From: Chlamydiia bacterium
Lineage (GTDB): Bacteria; Chlamydiota; Chlamydiia; Chlamydiales; JAAKFQ01
Assembly (NCBI GenBank): GCA_041688145.1
Contig: JBDNIV010000013.1
Location: forward strand, 1,285-65,284
DNA: 64,000 bases
Reading direction: 5' to 3'
In this document: positions 20,300 through 29,553 of the stretch, piece by piece
How the letters are laid out: every line of letters begins with the position of its first letter
Position numbering within the stretch: the first letter of the stretch is position 1
Program-made: the position numbers and the translations under genes
The notes under the pieces: generated by a model
The model's input: only the letters and a program-made list of their open reading frames with translations
What the model was told of the DNA's origin: nothing
Database searches by the model: none

Positions 20300-22275
20300 A
20301 GATTAACTATCGTTTCTAGCTTACCTACTGCTGTCATAATTGCATCAGGGTTTTGTGCATGAAGGTAGCGGCCGCGAGCATTTCTTAGGCTTGTGATAAG
20401 TCGCCGAAGTGTTTCAGGCAGAGGATTTATCGATGTTTTTTTCTTTTGTCTTACCATTGCACATAGTCTGTAGACCATAGAGGGCAAAATTACAGGGTGA
20501 TCATCATTTAAGGACAGGTTATTAAAGGTTCCTATAGTGTCCTCTAATTCTCCAAACTCAATCAGCAAAGATAGGTTAGGCAGGCCCTTAGTCGGAAGTA
20601 GGTCTGCCCACTCATAAAAAATGCTTAATTGATCAACCATATCGGATGTCCACTCATCTGGAACAGCAGTTTTAGTATAAGCGGCTGTAGCACATTCTGT
20701 TAGGGGAGCAGCTAACGCTTGCATGTATGGGGCAATAGGCCTTCCTTCAAGCTGATCTTCAAAGAAATTCAACGGGATTTCATTAGGCAATGATAGGAAG
20801 TCGTGAATGGCAAATCTTGGTTGCCTATTCATGTGAGTAAGTTTTTCAAGTAAGTCTAAAGCAGCAACAACAGCAGGTGATACGCCTTCTATGAGTTTGC
20901 TTTCGTAACGCAGTTCGCTTTTAAGCTCAGCAATAGCTGTTAGAAGCTCTTCAGGGTTTCTTCCTTCAGCAGCCCCCTCTGCTTGAGAAGGCCCTACAAT
21001 AAGGTCTACACATCTTTGTTCTTTTGCAGCGTTTTCAAGATTGGTGCAGACTTTTTGCATATGAGCTAGTTTAGTTTGATAGTCTTCAGGTAAAAGGCCC
21101 TCTGCAGCTAAGCATTCTAAGTCTTGCATTTGCCTTAAAGTATCACTCTTATATCCTAATTCTGGAAGTGCTTGGAATGAGTTTGTTATGTTTTCAATGC
21201 GCTCTTCCACAGAAATTTTGAATAAATTAGCTATGCCTTCTAGCAGATTGGATGATTGACAAGCCTTAAAAAAGGCTAAGGCTTCTTGAGGATTTGGAGT
21301 CATAAGACGTTTTCCTAAAAAAGCAATAGAAATTGCTTGGAAAGCGCTTTCGAGCATAGGAAGATATTTGCTAGCAAATCTTCCTTTATGCTCAGGCTTA
21401 TCAAACTCTTCTTTTATCTTATCAACAAGTATCTTAAACCCTACAAAGGCTATAGCACCTTTTTTGGGTGTTTTTAGCGCTGGGATATGTTCATCAAAGG
21501 CTGTTGCCAATGCACCTATCTGTCTCATAGGGATAGCTGTAGCGGGTAGAGATGCAAAAGCTTCATTTAGAGCTGCTTGTAATCTTTTTAAAAGAGCTAA
21601 TGTGGAATTCAATTCAGCAAGTGTCGCGCACTCTTCAGATGATAAACCTGCATTTTGAAGGCCGCTTATATTTTCTAGAGTAGCCTGTATTTGGTCTAAT
21701 GTCGTATCTAATATAGGTGTGGTTGTAACTTGTTGAAAAAGAACACGTACTTCAGTGCGTCTTTGAACGTAGGCTTGAAGCTCTGTAACTTGAGCTTGCT
21801 CTTCTGGTGTAAGCCCTGCAGATGCAAGGGCTTCTATGCGCTGAACTTGTTCAAGAATAGCTTGATCAGTTTGAGGACTAACTTCTGTGATTGAAGTAAT
21901 ATCAGTGAAAATATTGCGCACAGTAATACGATTTTGAGCAGCAGTATGGATTGCTAGCACAGTATTAGGAGCTGTTTTTAGAAGTCCTACATATGCGAGA
22001 TTTTGTATCCTCTCAGCGGTCTTTACAATCTGATTATCAGGCAATTTTGGATTAGCGCCATCTTGAATACTTGCAAAAAGCTCTCTCACCTCTATTCGGG
22101 TCATCCAATTTTGATATAGGGTAATGCTGAAACGAACTGCACAGGCAGCGAGTGCTGCAAGGGCGATATAGGTGATGTGTTTTACGCGTAGAGTGTAGAG
22201 GCCTTTAGCGGATATAACAGGAGCTTGCCAGCTGGGGGTGAAGCTTATAGGTAGTTTAAAGTAAGTAGTTGCCAT
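20296..22275 (-). CDS. Orphan 659-aa protein with N-terminal hydrophobic segment and ~57-aa internal repeats
   Basis: Long ORF with GAGGA SD and extended -10; repeats RxxVRxLF...GL at aa 60, 116 and 173. Confidence 0.75.
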   Translation of the reverse strand: MATTYFKLPISFTPSWQAPVISAKGLYTLRVKHITYIALAALAACAVRFSITLYQNWMTRIEVRELFASIQDGANPKLPDNQIVKTAERIQNLAYVGLLKTAPNTVLAIHTAAQNRITVRNIFTDITSITEVSPQTDQAILEQVQRIEALASAGLTPEEQAQVTELQAYVQRRTEVRVLFQQVTTTPILDTTLDQIQATLENISGLQNAGLSSEECATLAELNSTLALLKRLQAALNEAFASLPATAIPMRQIGALATAFDEHIPALKTPKKGAIAFVGFKILVDKIKEEFDKPEHKGRFASKYLPMLESAFQAISIAFLGKRLMTPNPQEALAFFKACQSSNLLEGIANLFKISVEERIENITNSFQALPELGYKSDTLRQMQDLECLAAEGLLPEDYQTKLAHMQKVCTNLENAAKEQRCVDLIVGPSQAEGAAEGRNPEELLTAIAELKSELRYESKLIEGVSPAVVAALDLLEKLTHMNRQPRFAIHDFLSLPNEIPLNFFEDQLEGRPIAPYMQALAAPLTECATAAYTKTAVPDEWTSDMVDQLSIFYEWADLLPTKGLPNLSLLIEFGELEDTIGTFNNLSLNDDHPVILPSMVYRLCAMVRQKKKTSINPLPETLRRLITSLRNARGRYLHAQNPDAIMTAVGKLETIVNL

Positions 22276-22299
22276 AGTTTCCTCTATTATTTAGGGAAG

Positions 22300-22308
22300 A
22301 TTATAGCA
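22300..22308 (-). promoter_or_regulatory. Extended -10 element for the 659-aa orphan
   Basis: TGCTATAAT on the minus strand, 24 bp upstream of the ATG. Confidence 0.5.
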
Positions 22309-22322
22309 AATTTAAGAATCTA

Positions 22323-23234
22323 TTAACAGCTTAAAATTTCTGTTATCACCCAGTTTATTTGATGAGTGGGAAGAGCGTAGTACTCGGAGCTTGGGCAAGC
22401 CTTAACTAGGCTCTGTGCATTAGCCACTTTTTTGTAATACTCTTGATCCTCTTGGTTAAACAAGGCAGTTATGCCTTTTTCAAGAAGGTCTAACTCTTTA
22501 CGAAGGCTATAAGCTGAAAAATGGTCTATAACCCATTTGTAATAAGGGGACTTAGGACCATCTGTTTCAAATACTTCCAAAAGAGCAGAAAAAGGAGTTA
22601 ATAGAGGCAACTTATGGTCATGACAAAAGAGGATATAGTCTGTTTGCAGATTTAGTGAGTGGATCCGGGTTTTTGAGAGATACAGAGTGATCTGGTCGAT
22701 CCAGTTCTCTTGTTCCAGATCTTTTAAAGATTCAAAATTCTTCTTTAGATTTTGGATAGCATTTTCTCTTTTTCTGTTGCCTAAAAGTTCAAAAAAGGCG
22801 CAAATATTTTGGAATCGGGCGTGCGCTGTACCTTTAAAATCTGCAGGGGATTCTCCTGGTAAGTACTCAAGGCCTTTTTGTTGCAGGCGCAAAAGGACTA
22901 AATAAGGGACATCATTGGGAGGCACTTGGGTGAATATAGAGGGAGGTACAAAAGCGCTTATATTAAAATAAATCCTTAAATAAATAGCTGCACAACGAGC
23001 TACGTCATAGGACTTATCGTCTGGAAAAGTATTGATGGCGTTTATAAGAGCTCTCCATTGAGGTAGATGTTCCTCTTTCTTGTGGGAGGGAGGGGCTGCT
23101 TCAAAAACTTTTAGAGAAATATGTATAATAAGGGGGAGCTTTTGCTGAGAAATAGGTAGTACTGAGGATATTGGTTTGTGAGCATTTTGAGTTAGGACAG
23201 GAGGGTTTTGTATCCGAGCACTCATAAACAGCAT
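22323..23234 (-). CDS. Orphan 303-aa hypothetical protein
   Basis: Uninterrupted ORF; no recognisable motif. Confidence 0.65.
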   Translation of the reverse strand: MLFMSARIQNPPVLTQNAHKPISSVLPISQQKLPLIIHISLKVFEAAPPSHKKEEHLPQWRALINAINTFPDDKSYDVARCAAIYLRIYFNISAFVPPSIFTQVPPNDVPYLVLLRLQQKGLEYLPGESPADFKGTAHARFQNICAFFELLGNRKRENAIQNLKKNFESLKDLEQENWIDQITLYLSKTRIHSLNLQTDYILFCHDHKLPLLTPFSALLEVFETDGPKSPYYKWVIDHFSAYSLRKELDLLEKGITALFNQEDQEYYKKVANAQSLVKACPSSEYYALPTHQINWVITEILSC

Positions 23235-23348
23235 TGAGTAAGTTAAAATTTACACTATCTTAAATACTCAAGATGGAGACGTAAAGGAAATTTTAAGATT
23301 TTCCATTAGAAAACCTTTACTCGTCAGGGCGTTAGGGGGGAATCAGAC

Positions 23349-23377
23349 TGGACTTTCATCAGAGTTTTTTATATAAT
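23349..23377 (+). promoter_or_regulatory. Sigma66/70 promoter of rsfS-fabF-nudH-bioY
   Basis: TGGACT-17 bp-TATAAT. Confidence 0.6.
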
Positions 23378-23402
23378 ACATTCAATTAGATAGGTAATCA
23401 TT

Positions 23403-23786
23403 ATGGAACTAAGTTCAAAAGCTGTTTTAGATATCATTGCTCAAGCAGTTGCAGATAAAAAGGGAAGAAGTCCTATTGCAATTGATATTAGCTCAGTCTC
23501 TTCAGAGGCAGACTACGTTTTTGTTGCAGAGGGTAATGTAGATCGTCACCTAAGCGCTATGGCAACCAACATTAGCGACGCTTTAAAGGAAGCGGGTGAT
23601 GCGCCTACATGCTCAGAAGGAAAAGCAGAGAGTGGTTGGGTGGTGCTTGACTGTTTCAGTGTAATGGTGCATCTGTTTTTGCCTGATCAAAGAGACAAGT
23701 ACCGCATTGAGAATTTGTGGAGAGAGGGCAATGTCGTCAATATGAGTGGAAGCTCAAATAAGGATGTTCAAGGGGATTTAGTATGA
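23403..23786 (+). CDS. rsfS: Ribosomal silencing factor RsfS (Iojap/YbeB)
   Basis: DKKG, DYVFVAEG, EG...WVVLD...VMVHLF..QRDKYRIENLW pattern. Confidence 0.92.
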   Translation: MELSSKAVLDIIAQAVADKKGRSPIAIDISSVSSEADYVFVAEGNVDRHLSAMATNISDALKEAGDAPTCSEGKAESGWVVLDCFSVMVHLFLPDQRDKYRIENLWREGNVVNMSGSSNKDVQGDLV

Positions 23787-25030
23787 GCAAAAAGCGTGTA
23801 GTAGTTACCGGCATGGGTATAGTCTCTTGTTTTGGGGATGATGTCGAAGCTTTTTACAAAGCGCTTTTAGAAGGCAAAAGTGGGGTCTCTTTAATCGAGC
23901 GTTTTCCTTGTGATGAATACCCTACAAAAATAGCGGGTACGATCAAAGATTTTGAGCCGGGAGACTATGTTGATCCTAAGACACTTCGACGTATGGACCC
24001 CTTTATTCATTACGCTTTAGTAGCCGGTAAAAAGGCAGTAGAGTCTTCAGGGTTAGATCTGGAAAAAATAGATTTAGAAAGAGCAGGCGTTCTCATTGGA
24101 TCAGGCATGGGGGGTATGCTCTCTTTTGAACAGGGTGTTGAGACTGTGATGACAAAAGGGTATCGTCGCCAGTCACCCTTTTTTATACCGAGTATTATTA
24201 CCAATATGGCAGGTGGTCTTTTAGCCATAGAGCTGGGCCTGCGCGGCCCTAACTATGCAGTATCTACAGCGTGCGCCTCTGGTAATCATGCGATTCTTTC
24301 TGCTGTAAATCATATTCGCTTAGGGCATGCCGATATTATGATATGTGGAGGATCAGAGGCAGCTATCACGCCGATTGGTCTTACTTCATTTATTGCGTGC
24401 AAGGCTGTTTCTAAGGAAAACGACTTTCCAGAAAAAGCTTCAAGGCCTTGGGATACTGGGCGCTCAGGTTTTGTAATGGGAGAGGGGTGCGGCGCTTTAG
24501 TTATTGAGAGCTTAGAGAGCGCTCAAAAACGTGGTGCAACTATTTTAGCAGAGATTTTGGGAGGCGCTGTTGGGTGTGATGCCTACCATATGACAGACCC
24601 ACGTCCAGATGGTTCTGGCGCTGCTAGCTGCGTTAAAAAAGCATTAGAAGATGCTGAGGTATCCAAAGAAGAGATTGGCTATGTGAATGCTCATGGTACT
24701 TCAACGCCTGTCGGAGACGCAGCTGAAGTTGCGGCGCTTAAAAGCGTTTTTGGAGATCATATGAAAAACCTCAAAATGAACAGCACAAAATCTATGACAG
24801 GGCATTGCCTCGGTGCAGCCGCTGCTATTGAAGCAATTGCCACTATTCAAGCGCTAAGGACAGGCAAACTTCATCCGACGATTAACCTAGACAATCCAGA
24901 TCCTTGTGTTGAGGGGATTGACTGTGTAGCAGGTGCAGCGCAGGATTGGGATGGAGATACAGCTCTTTCTAATTCCTTTGGCTTTGGTGGGCATAACTCT
25001 TGTGTGGTCTTCAGAAAATGGGGCTCTTGA
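23783..25030 (+). CDS. fabF: 3-oxoacyl-ACP synthase II
   Basis: RVVVTGMG, STACASG, NAHGTSTPVGD, KSMTGH and NSFGFGGHN motifs. Confidence 0.97.
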   Translation: MSKKRVVVTGMGIVSCFGDDVEAFYKALLEGKSGVSLIERFPCDEYPTKIAGTIKDFEPGDYVDPKTLRRMDPFIHYALVAGKKAVESSGLDLEKIDLERAGVLIGSGMGGMLSFEQGVETVMTKGYRRQSPFFIPSIITNMAGGLLAIELGLRGPNYAVSTACASGNHAILSAVNHIRLGHADIMICGGSEAAITPIGLTSFIACKAVSKENDFPEKASRPWDTGRSGFVMGEGCGALVIESLESAQKRGATILAEILGGAVGCDAYHMTDPRPDGSGAASCVKKALEDAEVSKEEIGYVNAHGTSTPVGDAAEVAALKSVFGDHMKNLKMNSTKSMTGHCLGAAAAIEAIATIQALRTGKLHPTINLDNPDPCVEGIDCVAGAAQDWDGDTALSNSFGFGGHNSCVVFRKWGS

Positions 25031-25051
25031 GAAAGAGAATAGGACAAGCAA

Positions 25052-25483
25052 GTGATTATAAAGAAAGAACGCAAAGACTTAAGCTACGGCATCATACCTT
25101 TAAAGCGATTTGAAGGGCAGTGGCGCGTTTTGCTCGTCCATCATATTGCAGGTCATTGGAGTTTTCCTAAAGGTCATCCTGAAGAGGGTGAATCTCCTAA
25201 AGAGACAGCTAGTCGAGAGCTTCATGAAGAGACAGGCTTAAAAGTAGTCGCATTCTTATCTGAAGAGCTTTTAGAAGAGAAATACGTCTTTTCTTATCAA
25301 AAAGAAAAAATTTTAAAAACAGTACGGTATTTTATTGCTCAGGTTGATGGTAAAGAGTATCCTCAACTAGATGAACTTTTTGGGTGCGAGTGGTTTTCTT
25401 TCGATGAAGCGCGTGAAAAAATATCGTTCCCCAACACTGAAGCTTTATTAGATCAGACTATAAACCATATAAAAGAGGGTTAG
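25052..25483 (+). CDS. nudH: Nudix hydrolase, Ap4A hydrolase-like (CT771/NudH type)
   Basis: Nudix box FPKGHPEEGESPKETASRELHEETG; directly after fabF; GTG start. Confidence 0.85.
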   Translation: MIIKKERKDLSYGIIPLKRFEGQWRVLLVHHIAGHWSFPKGHPEEGESPKETASRELHEETGLKVVAFLSEELLEEKYVFSYQKEKILKTVRYFIAQVDGKEYPQLDELFGCEWFSFDEAREKISFPNTEALLDQTINHIKEG

Positions 25484-25486
25484 GAA

Positions 25487-26056
25487 ATGATAGCTAGAGT
25501 CGTTACACAAAAAGCGGTATCTTTAAAAGCGAGCTACCAAAGCTTAAATTCCCTTTATAGAGGAGCATTCAAGCTTGCTTTTGGAACGCTTTGGATGATC
25601 CTTTTAACTAAAGTGCAAGTGCACCTCTCTTTCTCTCCCGTTCCTATATGCATGGGCCCTACGGGTGCTGTTTTCATTGGCGCTCTTTTGGGCCCTAGAT
25701 GGGGAGTCGGGAGTGTGGTATCTTTTTTGACTCTAGGCTGCATGGGCCTTCCTGTTTTTGCAGGAGTTCCTTTCGGCCCAACCTGGGGCTACTTAGTCGG
25801 GTATATTGCCTCTGCATGGGTGATGGGGCATTTAATGAAAAGGATGGCAAGGGCCAGCACCTTTAAGATCATGCTTGCTGCCTGCATAGCTAATCTATGC
25901 CTGTATGTAACTGGAGCTGTTTGGCTCAGCCTTTTTACAGGATGGGCGCGCGTACTTCAGCTAGGTGTATATCCCTTTATGGCAGGAATGCTAGTTAAGA
26001 ACGCTGGGTTAAGCATTTTATTTTCTAAAGGCAAAAAGGTATTCTCAGCCAAATAA
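25487..26056 (+). CDS. bioY: Biotin transporter BioY
   Basis: FSPVPI, LGPRWG, GLPVFAG and GPTWGYLVG motifs. Confidence 0.9.
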   Translation: MIARVVTQKAVSLKASYQSLNSLYRGAFKLAFGTLWMILLTKVQVHLSFSPVPICMGPTGAVFIGALLGPRWGVGSVVSFLTLGCMGLPVFAGVPFGPTWGYLVGYIASAWVMGHLMKRMARASTFKIMLAACIANLCLYVTGAVWLSLFTGWARVLQLGVYPFMAGMLVKNAGLSILFSKGKKVFSAK

Positions 26057-26284
26057 TCGCTTTGTTACATTCCCTGTATGATTATTACCGGCCTCGGGCT
26101 TAGCTGTGTGACCGCCTGCTTTCATAGAACTTGAGGCTGTTCTGTTTGTGTTACCTGCTCTTTGAAAAGCTCCAAGGGCGATCACATGTGCTTTTGAGGC
26201 TCCTGTGTGTGTTTTTTTACTTTTACCATTTTTTATAGGCCCGATATTGTGGCTCTCGCCATTATTACCAATACGCATATTCAT
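26045..26284 (-). CDS. Small basic Gly/Asn/Lys-rich hypothetical protein (79 aa)
   Basis: AAAGGAG SD 6 bp before the ATG; only a 12-bp convergent overlap with bioY. Confidence 0.55.
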   Translation of the reverse strand: MNMRIGNNGESHNIGPIKNGKSKKTHTGASKAHVIALGAFQRAGNTNRTASSSMKAGGHTAKPEAGNNHTGNVTKRLFG

Positions 26285-26765
26285 AAGGAGCTCCTTTGAG
26301 TAAAATTGAGTCTAAAAAACCATCTATAAGCTTCAAAGCCTGCTTTTAGCAAGCAAAATTTAAAAAAAAACTAGGTAAAACTCTTAGGCAAAGAGCCTAC
26401 TTCCAAGGTGAGTTGAAAGAGGCCCTATGCGAAAGAGAGCAAAAAGGTAGTTTGGCCCCTTTTTGCTATCAGGGTCGGTTAATTTAAGGTAGAGGCTTTA
26501 AGGTTTGGCTTTTGTTTCTTTTACCTTTTAAATAATCGATTTGCACCCTCTTCGTCAAATGGTTCGTTCTATTGGAAAATCATCCTGTAAAAGATTAACT
26601 GTAAGCAACTTAAATAAAAAAATAAAAAGATGTAAGTGGTTGTAAATAAGGGCTCAAAAGCTTTTAAGAATAATGCGGTAATGGGTGACTTTTAGTGGTT
26701 AATATTAAAGCTTAAAATAGAGCTTAAGGGTGATAGGAGAGCCGTTCGAGAAAAAGGGTCTTCTA

Positions 26766-26774
26766 TGCTATACT
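26766..26774 (+). promoter_or_regulatory. Extended -10 element upstream of the aas-like gene and cysS
   Basis: TGCTATACT 22 bp upstream of the ATG. Confidence 0.45.
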
Positions 26775-26796
26775 CTGCCTTTACCTTTGGAGTTTT

Positions 26797-29544
26797 ATGC
26801 GTTTTATCTTTTGGCTAATCTCTGTTTTTTCACGTTCTATCATTAGGATGCGTTATCGCTTAGAAATCAATGGGCTAGAGGAAGTCAACGAGCAACTCAA
26901 CACTCTAAGAAAAGAGGGTAAGAAAGGGGGGATTTTGTTCCTTTCTAACCATACCTCTGAAATCGATGCAGTAATGTTAATAACGCTTCTGTGGTCAAAT
27001 TACAAGCCGGCCTCCTTGATTACGGAGGATATGTATAATAAGACGTTTATTCGTGGAATCTCTGATCACGTAGGCGCGATTGCAGTGCCTAATTTTGTAC
27101 GTTCTTTAAACTCGTATAAGCGTAAAAAGTGGGAACGGGCTTTGGCTAAAATGGTGGCAAGCATTCACAAGGGGAAAAACTTTTTGATTTTCCCTTCAGG
27201 AAGGCTAAAAAGAACACCAGAAGAGCTCCTTAAAGGGGCATCTGGAGTCCATGAAGTTTTGCAGGGCAAGCATACCCCAACGGTAGTCCTTATTCGTTTA
27301 AGTGGTCTTTGGGGAAGCTCTTTTTCTTGTGCTCAATTGGGAGCTGTACCTCCTATTGGAAAAATGTATTTAAGAGGAGCGGGCTTGCTCTTTAAAAACT
27401 TGTTTTTCTTAACGCCTAAACGGGACGTGAAGATTGATTTTGAGCTTACTGATAGTGAAAAGCTTAAGGAAATGGACCGTTTAGAGCTCAACCAGAAGTT
27501 AGAAAATTGGTATGGACAGCCTTTTGAAAAGAGAATTGAGCCTGTGCAAAACACACGCGAGCTTTTTTGGAGTAGAGCGCGCCCTAAAATGGCACGTATA
27601 AAGTCCAAAGAAGCGCTTGCTAAAATTAAAGCACCTAAAGCTGTAACAGAAGCTGTTTTTGCTCATCTTGAAAATCTTATGGGCTCAGGGTCTAAAAAGC
27701 CTAAAGTACAAGATGATTTAGGTGCAGATCTTGGTTTAGACTCTTTGGATATTGCAGAGCTCATTACTTTTTTAGAAAAACGTTTTGGTGTAAGAGGCGC
27801 CTCTCCCGATGACTTGAGCAGTGTCGGCTCTCTTATAGAGCTAGCTACAAGGAAAAAAGAGCAGGTAAAAAAGGGACTTTACTCCACATGCCCAAAAGAT
27901 AAAAAGAGATGGGCTAAATCTAAATCAGATAGACCTGAGCTTGCTTTCCCAGAAGCGGACAACATACCTGAAGCTTTTTTTGAAACTTGCGCGCGGCAAG
28001 CAGGGCGGATAGCGAGCTATGATATTGCTGCAAGCTCTCTGTTTACTTATAAAGATCTTAAAAAAGGTGCGATTGCTTTAAAAGTGCTTTTTGAAAAATT
28101 GCCTTCAAAGTACGTCGGTATCATGTTGCCAGCAAGTGCGGCCTCCTATCTGGCTGTTTTAGGATGCCAGCTTGCGGGTAAGATTCCTGTAATGCTTAAT
28201 TGGACACAAGGCGCTGGCCCTTTAGATAGCATAGTTGATCTTATGAAGCTTAAAACAGTGGTTACTTCAAAACGTTTTGTAGATCAGGTGCAAAGTGTAG
28301 ATTTTGGAAAAACATCAGACCTATTTTGTTTTTTAGAAGATCTAAAGAAGGAGCTTTCCCTTAAGGAAAAGCTTAAGATTTTATTCCAAAGTAAGAAGAG
28401 TGCAAAAGTGCTTATAAAAGGGCTAAAAAAGCCTATCCAAAAAACAGCTGCTATTTTGTTTACAAGTGGCACAGAAGGCAATCCAAAAGCGGTAGGGTTG
28501 TCCCATAAGAATATACTTGAAAACCAACGATCAGCACTAAAGCGTATTACACTAGAAAAAGAAGATACGCTTTTTAGCATACTGCCTCCTTTCCATTCAT
28601 TTGGTTTTAATGTGACAGGGCTTATGCCTTGGCTCTATGGTATTCGCAATGTATTTAGCCCAAATCCACTAGATAGCTCAGCGCTTGTAGAAGGAGTAAA
28701 GAATTGGGATATTTCTCTATTTTGCGCAGCCCCCTCGTTTTTACACCCTGTTCTTGAGATTGGAAAATCGAGTGATTTTAAGTCTGTTCGCATCTTCATA
28801 ACAGGTGCTGAAAGCATGCCTGAAAAAACGCTTAAGCTGATTCATTCTTTAAAAGGGAAACGCTTTATTGAAGGCTACGGAATGACAGAATGTGCTCCTA
28901 TGGTTGCTATCAATCCTGATGGAGATCCAAGTAAAGGAGTGGGTATGCCGATTCCTGGGGTGCGGATAAGAATTGTTGATGAAAAAACCCATAAGTTAAA
29001 GCCTCAAGGTGAGCCAGGTCTTGTCCTTATTGATGGGCCAAATGTTTTTTCAGGTTATCTTTTTTCAAAGTCAAATCCCTTTATCACTTTAGGAAAAACA
29101 AAGTGGTATCACTCAGGAGATATTGGCAAACTAGATCAAGATGGAAATCTCATTTTAACAGGACGCAGTAAGCGTATTGTGAAAATTGGAGGCGAGATGA
29201 TCAGCCTTGCCCTTATTGAGCAAAAGCTAATCGCTTTAGCTGATAAAAGAGGATGGGCTCATCCGCTGGATCCGATGCCGTTTGCTTGCTTCGCTATTGA
29301 AGAGGAAAGCGGCAAGCCAAAGCTTGCCTTATACACATGTATTCATAAGACTAAAGAAGAGATTAATGCAGGTCTTAAAGAACTGGGCTTTACGAACATC
29401 GTAAAAATCTCTAGAATCTTGCCTATAGAGCACATGCCATTAACAGGTGCGGGTAAAATAGATTACCAAAAGCTGTGTCAAAAAGAAGACTCAGAGAAAA
29501 GTTCATCTAAGAAAACAGCTGATAAATCAAAAGTAAAGACGTAA
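26797..29544 (+). CDS. aas: Aas-like trifunctional fusion: lysophospholipid acyltransferase + acyl carrier domain + acyl-ACP synthetase
   Basis: NHTSEID (HxxxxD) and FPSG; LGLDSLD phosphopantetheine site (Ser316); LFTSGTEGNPK, EGYGMTE, SGDIG and GRSKR. Confidence 0.85.
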   Translation: MRFIFWLISVFSRSIIRMRYRLEINGLEEVNEQLNTLRKEGKKGGILFLSNHTSEIDAVMLITLLWSNYKPASLITEDMYNKTFIRGISDHVGAIAVPNFVRSLNSYKRKKWERALAKMVASIHKGKNFLIFPSGRLKRTPEELLKGASGVHEVLQGKHTPTVVLIRLSGLWGSSFSCAQLGAVPPIGKMYLRGAGLLFKNLFFLTPKRDVKIDFELTDSEKLKEMDRLELNQKLENWYGQPFEKRIEPVQNTRELFWSRARPKMARIKSKEALAKIKAPKAVTEAVFAHLENLMGSGSKKPKVQDDLGADLGLDSLDIAELITFLEKRFGVRGASPDDLSSVGSLIELATRKKEQVKKGLYSTCPKDKKRWAKSKSDRPELAFPEADNIPEAFFETCARQAGRIASYDIAASSLFTYKDLKKGAIALKVLFEKLPSKYVGIMLPASAASYLAVLGCQLAGKIPVMLNWTQGAGPLDSIVDLMKLKTVVTSKRFVDQVQSVDFGKTSDLFCFLEDLKKELSLKEKLKILFQSKKSAKVLIKGLKKPIQKTAAILFTSGTEGNPKAVGLSHKNILENQRSALKRITLEKEDTLFSILPPFHSFGFNVTGLMPWLYGIRNVFSPNPLDSSALVEGVKNWDISLFCAAPSFLHPVLEIGKSSDFKSVRIFITGAESMPEKTLKLIHSLKGKRFIEGYGMTECAPMVAINPDGDPSKGVGMPIPGVRIRIVDEKTHKLKPQGEPGLVLIDGPNVFSGYLFSKSNPFITLGKTKWYHSGDIGKLDQDGNLILTGRSKRIVKIGGEMISLALIEQKLIALADKRGWAHPLDPMPFACFAIEEESGKPKLALYTCIHKTKEEINAGLKELGFTNIVKISRILPIEHMPLTGAGKIDYQKLCQKEDSEKSSSKKTADKSKVKT

Positions 29545-29553
29545 GCAAGTTTT

